NCBI GenBank assembly: GCA_000934665.2
Contig: JYFJ02001992.1
Span: 45,330-65,329 of the forward strand
Source: Catajapyx aquilonaris
Taxonomy: Eukaryota
DNA length: 20,000 nucleotides
Direction: 5' to 3'
Part shown: piece after piece, positions 11,344 to 20,000 of the stretch
Layout: each line of letters opens with the position of its first letter
Position numbering within the stretch: the first letter of the stretch is position 1
Notes under the pieces: model-generated
The model's database searches: none
The model's input: only the letters and a program-made list of their open reading frames with translations
What the model was told of the DNA's origin: nothing
Made by a program: the position numbers and the translations under genes

Positions 11344-11390
11344 ATTGATCGTGCAAAGCTCGCGTGTACTGTAGGTGTGTGCACCGCCAT
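11344..11390 (-). CDS. Candidate additional alternative first exon MAVHTPTVHASFARS(M)
   Basis: gagATGG context, in-frame TAG upstream, 15 codons + AT|GTAAGC (11343-11338). Same phase 2 and same AT|GTAAGC junction as the ShB-like exon. No homolog recognised. Confidence 0.4.
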
Positions 11391-12109
11391 CTCCAGAAAA
11401 TGAGCGCTTGCATAAGGGCCCAATTGCAGTGTTTTTAACCCCTAACTCAACCTGTCCGGGGGTCCGACTTAACCACTCACATTGTAAAACCAGCATCATA
11501 AAATCCGATTATAAACTCAGGACTAGGCGGTAAAAAAAAAAATAGCATGGAAGATAAATAACTGAGGCAGGTTCTCATGGGGTAATTTTGTTCCGGGTTT
11601 GTAAAAATGTTATCAGTCACATGAGTGTCACGATATGTTTCATGGAGGAAAGTGCAATGTTCCGGGCCTAGCTTTTATTCGACCCCACAGTATAGGGTAG
11701 GAATTAGGATACAAGTACCGATAGAATTATGCTATTACAATTGGGTAGTAAAATCTTTGTATTTAAACCTGATTTTATGGTGAGCCGCCATTTTTGGAAT
11801 GTAGATAGAGTATTGGTGCTAATTATCCTGCCGGTACAAGTTACAGATGTTATGGCGTAGTGTGTAGTGCAGGTAACTTTCCATAGGTGGTAGATGGGTG
11901 TCTGATAATGGGCTCGTAAATTAAACATCACTTTTCCAAAGTAATAGGGAAATGGAGGCGTAAGGTAAAAAGTATGTCAAAAAAACATATTTTTTCCCTT
12001 CTGAGGCTTGCATTAATTGGCTAAGCTTTCATATCGGGATACCCAGCACTTTTACCTACTTTCCTATAGGCTTGTACGTATCTACTACTGAAAGATACGT
12101 GTGTACCTG

Positions 12110-12407
12110 TCTTCAATAAGCTGTGAGACTGGAAGTAGTTGTTTTTACTGTAACTGTGGGGACTTTCACTCATCTGTGGGGACAATTTTCCCACTTGCGG
12201 GGACGTTTAAGGTCCCCACAAGAAAATTGCGGGTTTGCAGTAGTGGGGACAAGTTCCCACTATTTCCAGTTGCAGGGTTTTAGAAAAGTCCATTTTTCTC
12301 ACCCTAGGTTACGTAGGTTAGGGTAGGTTAGGTTAGGTTAGGTTAGGTTAGTTTACATTAGCTTTGAAAAGTGGTCTTTTTCACGTCCCCACACCTAATC
12401 GGCCGCA
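12110..12407. mobile_element. Nested ~300-bp element with gtggggac/gtccccac inverted motifs and a (TTAGG)n tract
   Basis: Absent from copy A. Contains repeated gtggggac motifs (~12156, ~12176, ~12243), complementary gtccccac motifs (~12212, ~12385) and a taggt array. Boundaries are approximate. Confidence 0.6.
12305..12351 (+). repeat. (TTAGG)n pentamer tract
   Basis: taggttaggttaggttaggttaggttag at 12324-12351, with degenerate units from 12305. Confidence 0.9.
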
Positions 12408-14310
12408 GGGATAGGTGTATCTGCTGAAGGATAGGTGTGTATCCGCCGGGAAGGAAATTTAGGTCATGGGGTAGGTTGGTACAGCGTGCCCCTACCCCTG
12501 TCACATTCGGTCTCCCGATATGAAAGTCACTGACATAATACAAGCATATAAATACTGTACATATGAAGGCAATCTATAAAAAAATGCCACACTAAAATAT
12601 GGGCTGGGGGTATTTGGCCCCTATGCAATCACCATCCTAAAGAGCAGTTAATTATATTCGAATAATGAAAAATTTCACTTTGTTTTATCATTCTCATATA
12701 ATAATAAAGAGTTGGTGTTGGCAAAAATGGCGTTACTAAAACAAATGTGCGTCACCCATTGTCATGTGCGGGTTTCTATGTGATTACGTGTTCACTTTTG
12801 AGCTACCGATAGTTGAATTATGGAATTTAGGTGGGGCGAAAATGTTCCCGAGTTCAAAGGTGAAATAGGTGAAGATGAGCTCATATTAAAATTAAGTTTA
12901 CAGCATACATGGAATATAAAATAAAAACATTATGACAGTTGTGAATAAATGGCAAAATATGATTTTGCTTTTAATTTTTTTTTGACAAACATAGTAAACT
13001 ATACGCCTTTAGAGAAGCTATACCAAAATGGTCTGCCTCAACTCATCACATGTCATAATACAGGGTGTCCATAAATGCATGAAGATTTGAGTGGGTGCCT
13101 AGATCAAGCTGATAGATGGCTCCTGTCAGTTAAATAAGGGTTGCCTTTATCCATCCACCAAAGATGTGCAGAACCAGTTTGCCAGGGTGGGCAGGGGATA
13201 AAACGCAGCCTTACCTGACTGACACAAGTAATCTATCACCTTGATCCAAGCGTCTATTCAAACTTGTTGCTGGACATCCTGTATTTATCACTATCTTCCT
13301 ATAGTACACATCCACATTAGCAACCAGAGAGAATGGTCCAGGTTCCTCAAACCCTCGATCCTATCTAGTCAAGTATCTATTGTCACCCACACTTCTATTC
13401 CAAGCCATCAAAGTCCCAAAAAAGACTTCTGGGACACCGGAAAACTCTCTGGGACACAAATAGCCGACCTTCCGTTCAGTTAAAAGCAGCCTTTTCCAAT
13501 TAGCAGCTTTGCGAGTCAGCACATAAAATTGCCCCATTTGAGCTATCTTAAAACTACGATTTACTATGATTATTTTTCAGCAATGACAATTCATTTACAC
13601 ACCCCCATCTATTCGATGCAATAAAATATGAAGTACCCCTTCTGGAAGTGATGGCGTGGCAAAAACCTCCCTTGGACACGGCAATAAATGACAAATTCAA
13701 TTGGTCCAGGTGAGTGTCACGATCTAACCATCCGCCATAAATCGCTCCTAATGGTCCTAGCGACATGCAAAATCCTCCCTACCCAACTTTAATCAATCAC
13801 TCGACACATATAGGTGAAAGGCCGCCATACTTTCTAGGGTATTGTCTTTTGGGTCAGGATACTGGTCAAAGACATTGACCACATTTTTTTGAAAAAAAAA
13901 AAAAAACAGGTGATAAACGTTTGTTTTGGTATTTGGCGCAGTCCCTTTCCGCTCTAGAAGCCTGGCTAAGTATTGATTAGACAATGAGATGCTAATCCAG
14001 GATTACTGTCGGAATAAACGCAGGCCCGCTCCCCAGGAATGTAGGTCACCAATCAGCAGCTTCCGTTTTCGCTAACGGCACCGGCGTACTTTTGCTTAAT
14101 AGAATTCATGTCGGAATGTGAGACTTTTAGTGTCCCGTCGAGCGGGAAACGACCTGGCACCGTCGCATCGTTACTGGTGTTGGAGGAGGGAAATGACCTT
14201 GAAATCACGGGCCGCCATATTGGGAAAAAAAAATCTGGTCAACATTTTACGAGTTATGTTTTATTTATTATTACAGAGAAAAAATAATAGTCATAAGGAA
14301 TTTTTAAATG

Positions 14311-14476
14311 TGACTCGTATAGGAAAATATCGTATAGGAAAATAATGACAATCGTATATAGGAAAATAATATGACAATCGTATAGGAAAATATCGTATAG
14401 GGAATATGACTCTCGTATAGGAAAATATCGTACAGGAAATATGACTATCGTATAGGAAAATATCGTATAGTAAAAT
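14311..14476 (+). repeat. Minisatellite, ~9 units built on cgtataggaaaatat
   Basis: 15-bp units mostly alternate with 20-26-bp units carrying an extra gac-containing insert. Confidence 0.9.
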
Positions 14477-14726
14477 GTGTTTTTGCCTGCAAAAATAATA
14501 ATTATCTCACAACACATAATGTTCACACCAACACCCTGCCCAGGTTCCCACGATTGTACCAGAAAAAAAATCCCATGCCTTATTTTCTCATTCCGAATTT
14601 TCTCACGTACTGTAATTAGCGCAATCCCTCAAATTGTGCAGAAACTGGGTTAATTACGCAAACAATTTGTCAATCCGGGGTAGGCCGCTTACCTTACGAC
14701 CCAAAAGATTCTGAATGGTGCTTGAA

Positions 14727-16383
14727 TGACGTCACGAGCGGGTCGAGATGGTGGTTCCTTGGACCCAACCCATTTAGAAATGAATGGCCTTCTACTTGTG
14801 GCACTGCATGAACTACGAACTAATTGGATAGACGATCACGTGCCGGGATCCCAATGAGCTTTCAAAAAAAAAAAAAAAGGCCCAAGACTATTTTTAAGAT
14901 GGGTGCTGCTTGTTTGCAAACCGAAGCGTCTGAAATAGAATGGTGTTGTGAGGTAAGTACTGTATGGGGGGGGGGGGGGTTAGGTTAAAGAGGCTACACT
15001 GATGGAACATATTTTATGAGTCCAATTTGGGTGAGAATCATTAAGGTTGGAGGAGAGATAAAATTAGATGGTACTTTTTTTGTTTGCGACGTTTTTCTTT
15101 TATGTTCCTTGAGGATGCTGAATTTTTTGTAGGGAGGATCGAGTACAGCATGTGGTCACTGGATGCGGGTTTTGCGTCATGGTGAAACACGGCAGGGATC
15201 GATATAGCAGCAGAGATGTTTTTTTTTTGGGGGGGGGGGGGAGAAGTAACAGTTGCGATTGTTGTCAGTTTCAAAATTTGCTGTCCAAAGGAGAAACACT
15301 CTATCTGCGAAACTAGTAAGGGTGAATGTCGCATGCATTCTGCCCTGCACTAATACCCCCTGACTCAGGGGTCATGCATGCGACTTTCACCCTTACTAGT
15401 TTTGCAGATAGGGTCTTTCTCATTGGGACGGCAGAAATGTACTATAGAGGTGAATATACTTTTCCCAAAGCTCATTTTGCTGCTGCACCTCTTCCACTGT
15501 AAATGTGGCCATATTTCTAGCTCATGGCTCCTACAGGCAGCATAATATAGAGTTAGTGTGGGTATGGGCCAGCAGGGGATGATGATGACGACGGCAACCG
15601 TGATGTTGCCAGCAAACGCGCTAAAATCCGGGCTCGATACATATTAAATAATCATGTGGCCTCTCCATCCCGTCTGTGCCGCTGTTTTGTTTGCCTCCGT
15701 ATAAATTCATACATGCTATTGAGCTCCGGGCTTTTTGGTTTTAGGCTAGGTTTTGACAGGTGGGAATATTAATCTCGCTGACGTCATTCTTGCAAAAAAA
15801 AATTGGCCTATGAGTACCTTGGGGTATAAATAGCGCAACTTTCTATTACCTTGTCACAAAAAATAGAACCGTGGTTATATATATAATGCAGGATATTAAT
15901 GTGATATACATTGTTCCGCACTGTACCTAGCAATTAATAATTTAGTGTCCTGCACACTATTCCTTTGATCTCGCACTGCTAAACAATAACCAGCAGTTGG
16001 ACCCAATGTAGGGTCATTTTTTATTGATATATAATTAATAATGAAACACGGGCCATTTGCGTCGAACACCACACGTTGATTATGACCGCTCTGCAATCAC
16101 GGGAATACAATCCACATTAGCAACTTTGAATAGGGTGATTTAAAATATTTCATCTTCCATTGCTACATTTATAGTTTAATATTCCAACACGCTATATGAC
16201 CCTAGTCCTTGTTCCACTGCATTGCATATCCGTAACCAAATAGTGCGTTGCAGGCTTGGAAACCTTGGACTTAATTTGGACCTCCCAGGTCGGACTTGAT
16301 CTCGGTTCTAGTATAGCAGCCCGAACCTGTCCACTGCTATTCTGGTTTATAGGTAACTTCTGCAATATTCGGGAATGACGTCA
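14727..16383. promoter_or_regulatory. Cluster of CRE palindromes TGACGTCA (14727, 15779, 16376; further copies at 5568 and 6387)
   Basis: Exact 8-mer matches read from the sequence; function is inferred. Confidence 0.35.
15279..15433. mobile_element. Fold-back element / degenerate MITE with 60-bp inverted arms
   Basis: Arms 15279-15338 and 15374-15433 are reverse complements with ~7 mismatches. The spacer contains the palindrome cccctgactcagggg. No clear TSD. Confidence 0.7.
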
Positions 16384-17299
16384 AAAGTAAGGCGGGAGGT
16401 CCTCTGTAATTGCGCCCAGGAGTGAATATTGACTGAGTTTGAAAAGTTCATGCACGAACCTCGTTAGCGGGTCTATAAAGAGGTTGTTCTGACATCACTG
16501 GTTGCACTCTTGGAAGACGAAAATTTGGGTCATGTAATACACCACAACTACCAGGTGAAGCTCCGGCGATAATTACAAAGAGAGGTCGTGGTGAGGACCA
16601 TGGGGTTTGGAGGTATAATATACCGGTACGTTAAATATTCCGGGGGGCCAAAAGCCATAAGCTTCATTAGGCGTGCACCTGTACAAAAGACGCCATGTTT
16701 CATCGGAGGATGGAAACAATGCCACAAAGCCAAAGAGCTGCGGTTATTGTGTGCATCCCCCCAGCCCTTGTCCCTGCCAGTCCCTCCTCTCCCTGATCTC
16801 CCTCCCCCCCAAAAACAACGCAGCCCGCAGGACACTTCTACCCTGTTTTATCCTCCCGGTTTCCAACTGCCTGCTGTTAGGCTCTGAATAGACCTCTTTT
16901 CGTATCATGACCAATGTATTATTTTGAAAGGGATTCTGTAAGGGCATTTTGCTGACCCCTAAATGAAGAGTACGGTTCCNCCCCCCGTTAAACAAAAGGA
17001 AAAGGGCTGTCAATGTATCGGAGGGAAAAGTGAGGCCATGTGGTTAGTAGGGAAAGGCTATAACTATCGGAAAATGCGATTAGGTACTTCGAACGATGAG
17101 CAGGAAATGGCCTTAATAATGTGAAGCAAAAAAGAACATTCTGCGAGAATTCAAACAGAGATTGGTTCGATATCCACTGGAGCAAAGTGCTTACCAGTGG
17201 TAAAATTCCTCCACTGGCCACTATCTACACCATATGAACAGAAAAAGCACATTTTGCAAGGGCCTAGCAACTCCCTAGAACCGGTGTACACACTGGCCA

Positions 17300-17348
17300 A
17301 GGAACCAGGTGGAACCGGCTTGGAATCGGGTGGAACCGGGTGGAACCT
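17300..17348 (+). repeat. Short ~10-bp tandem repeat (ggtggaaccg-like, ~5 units)
   Basis: ggaaccaggtggaaccggcttggaatcgggtggaaccgggtggaacc, flanked by ggtgtacac on both sides. Confidence 0.7.
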
Positions 17349-17517
17349 CCCGGTTCCAGGATCTGGTGTACACTTTTTTTGGGGAGTTGCTAACCCCTTC
17401 GCATTTTGGCACATATCTTGGACATTTCTTATGAATGTCACTATCGGCAGAAGGGAAGCTGAGCTAACCGTATTGCTGCTTAGAGAGTCTTACTATTCTA
17501 GTGCACACGGGACTTAC

Positions 17518-17543
17518 CCCCCAGCCACCAAAATCATCTGCAT
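17518..17543 (-). CDS. Sh: Shaker (Kv1) alternative first coding exon, ShC-type N-terminus MQMILVAG(G)
   Basis: Minus strand reads acgATG CAG ATG ATT TTG GTG GCT GGG GG|GTAAGT. The peptide MQMILVAG+G is identical to the Drosophila ShC N-terminus as I recall it (MQMILVAGG-SLPKLSS). A perfect GTAAGT donor (17517-17512) falls exactly where the ShC-specific sequence ends; phase 2. Confidence 0.92.
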
Positions 17544-19086
17544 CGTATCCGGCGGTTGAGAGTCGAACCCTAGTCCATCATGATGCTGGTTGTGCGTACA
17601 TTCCTGGCATTGGTAGCCATTCCTATTAGCCGTATATTCCCTAGTATCCAGGGTGGCGGCCCGCACAGCACCACAATTCCTCGCGATGGCCAATCACCGC
17701 CCTCGCCATCACACTCACCATCACTCCGCACAATCCATCCCCACATAGCTCATCTACTGCTACACGTACCAACCATTCGACAGATTCAATCGCGATTAGT
17801 GTCGGTTGGATCATCAGCTGACGGATTTTTACCCACAGCTTTTGTTGTTCCCTGAAGCCGGGATGGGAAGTGGTACATTAACTCGCACATAATTCTCAAT
17901 TTATAAAAGTTGCCAAACTTGTAGTCTAGAAACAGTTAAAAATAACCCATATCTATTAAAGACACAATTTTTAAATAAATTAAACTCAATAAATTAGTCA
18001 ATTCCAACTTATGGACTTATGGCATACCCCTGCGGTATAAAACCTGTGGCATTGGGAGGCAAAACATATCCACAAGCTCGTACGCTGAAAGCTGACTTGC
18101 ACAAATAAATGCCGGAAATATATGTGCAAAACGCCAATATTTGCTCGACCTGATATCGCCATCAGAGATAACATTGTAGCTCACAATCAATAACATACTC
18201 CCGCACCCATTTTTCATCTACTTAAGTGGGGGTGAAAAGTCGCTACACGCTAATCATGTAGAGAACATTTGACAATAAGTGAACTTAGAGAAAAAAAAAA
18301 CATTAATGTCGACCCGAATAATAGCAGTAGGAAGCGGGCTCTATTCCTATAAAAAACAGTAGAAAAGAATGGCTTCGACAGGCACAAGCTCAGGCAATCG
18401 GCGCCAGAAATTGATGGGATGTTATCCACAGCTGCTGAAGCAAAGCATGGGGGTGGGTCTCACCCTTCCCATAAATCCTATCGACCACCAATTTACACCA
18501 GCCATCGACTCAGCAACACCCCCAGTCGGAAAAAGGAGAGAGAGAGAGTTGGGCTACAATTCTAACGAGTTACGAGGAGAAGCCCCGTGATTTGGAACCA
18601 GAATCTGTGAATTAGTGTCAGGACGTATTCGCGCAAAAATGATTGAGCTGGCCAGATTTGAAACAGGTGGTTTCGCCATTTTGGTGGTGGAAAGACTTTG
18701 GCACTTTTTTTTGCGATGGCCAACTGCAGCCCCCACACAAGTTCAGAGGATGCAGCCAACTGGACTCAAATGCGACCCATCGTGATCACCTTGTTATGGT
18801 AGCGTTTCATTACGTTCCCCTGCTATGCCTCACATCTCACCGACGCGTGGCCAGGAATTTTAATGTTGGTTGCACACAGTGGCGGTTAGTTCGAAAAATC
18901 GATTTCCCATACAGTTAGGATCAAATCGGGTGGCGATTTTCCAGCAGGAAATGAAGATTCTCGAAAGGAGCACAAACTATAGGTGTGAACAGACCTTTTA
19001 TTATATGTGAAGTTGCTGGATTACACATATGCAATGTGTAAACAGTTTCAGCGCCTTCTACTGGCCGGCTCTGCAAATCACTCAGT

Positions 19087-19183
19087 AAACCGTTGGAAAA
19101 AAAAACCGTTGAAACGACCGTTGGGGAAAAAAACCGTTGAAAAAAGCCGTTGGAAAAGCGGCGAGAACACAATTCGGTCTCCC
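19087..19183 (+). repeat. Degenerate ccgttg(g)aaaa tandem array followed by a HINE-like terminal motif
   Basis: Five ccgttg cores (19090, 19106, 19118, 19134, 19147), then attcggtctccc (19172-19183), identical to 6149-6160 and 12505-12516. Confidence 0.6.
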
Positions 19184-20000
19184 AGGAGGAACTAACAGTT
19201 TGGCCTTCTATTACACTCTCTAGGCCGGGTAATGAGAGTAGAAGTCAGATGATAACGAGAATCGGATCCAAATGCTAGATATACGCTTACTGAGCACGGA
19301 ACACAAAGAGAGAAAAAGAAGGGTAGGGGGGGGGGCGGAAAGAAAGGATGAACATTCATTCCAGCTTTTGACCTCAAGCCGAAAAATCTCTCTTCAAGTG
19401 TGGGTCTCAACTATCGGAAAACAATTATTCTATTCCTGCAGGCCTTGAACTTCAGTCGAGGTCTTATCGCCAGGTTCGGAAGGAAATTTTGGAGCCTTCT
19501 AAATTTCATAGCGTGATGAGCTTGGCTCTGGTATTTAAAACCGAAACAACAATGTGCACTTAGGAATTCAACTGCCTAGGGGGGTGGAGGAGGAAAAGGT
19601 TGGTTGGTTTCTAAGGGGGGAGGGGGGGTGTTGGATGAACAAAAGAGCTTTTTCAAGATTTTTTTTAAAGAGAGAACACTCCCGAAATGTAATCCGGAGA
19701 ACTAAAAGGATACACTTAGTGGATGAGGAAGAAGACAAACACTTATCCCAGGTGACCTAGTTTTCCGTCCCCTGCCCTACCCCAAAAGTGTCAAAAGTCA
19801 TAGCTCCTAACCTGCTAGAAGGTTTAAGATATAGGCTATACACGCGAACTGGAGTTAAAATTTGAATAAACACGAGCTAAGGACGTGTTTCCAAGATGAT
19901 GGCTGACAGATAGTATCGATTAAACAAAGTGCATTATTATGGCCGATGGCCATTAAGGACTATTCTGATAAAATTTCTACCGGAGTTTAGTTGGCAATTA

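Larger units (their letters stand above)
12019..12528. mobile_element. HINE/Helentron-like element, copy B, with a nested insertion
   Basis: Shares the ggctaagctttc...cctatagg left end and the gtgtatccgcc...attcggtctccc...gaaagtc right end with copy A. Perfect 14-bp subTIR ctttcatatcggga (12026-12039) / tcccgatatgaaag (12513-12526); ggggtagg...cctacccc hairpin near the right end. Confidence 0.75.
1..17543 (-). other. Sh: 5' portion of the Shaker gene: alternative first exons plus long introns; core exons expected beyond position 1
   Basis: Two recognisable Shaker N-terminal exons lie on the minus strand. No SLPKLSS, T1 or transmembrane coding sequence was found in the window. Confidence 0.8.

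Noticed and set aside
17713..17750. ATG...GATG|GTGAGT donor upstream of the ShC-type exon (similarly ATGGGAAGG|GTGAGA near 18460)
   Set aside because: Phase 1 and phase 0 respectively, incompatible with the phase-2 Shaker junction; at most UTR exons.
17151..17855. ORFs 17151-17441, 17197-17559 and 17580-17855
   Set aside because: No recognisable domain; they derive from short repeats or are antisense to the ShC-type exon and its leader.

Overview
Eukaryotic, invertebrate-type genomic DNA, mostly non-coding, with many poly-G/poly-A tracts and three N bases. None of the supplied long ORFs looks real. The window is the 5' alternative-first-exon region of a Shaker (Kv1) voltage-gated K+ channel gene on the minus strand. 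Two short coding exons, both too short for the ORF track, match known Drosophila Shaker N-terminal inactivation ('ball') peptides. 17543-17518 encodes MQMILVAG-G, identical to ShC. 4038-3947 encodes MAAVASIYGMGDDGMRSFKSVSRQIGGYDN-(M), which is ShB-like. Both end in canonical phase-2 GTAAG donors. The common core exons (SLPKLSS.../T1/S1-S6) were not found and should lie beyond position 1. Several further phase-2 ATG-to-donor candidates (11390-11344, 7500-7430, 2879-2794) and a 54-nt symmetric cassette candidate (844-791) may encode undescribed N-terminal variants. The introns carry a Tourist/Harbinger MITE with a TAA TSD, two copies of a HINE/Helentron-like element (one with a nested insertion), a 155-bp fold-back, minisatellites and five CRE palindromes.
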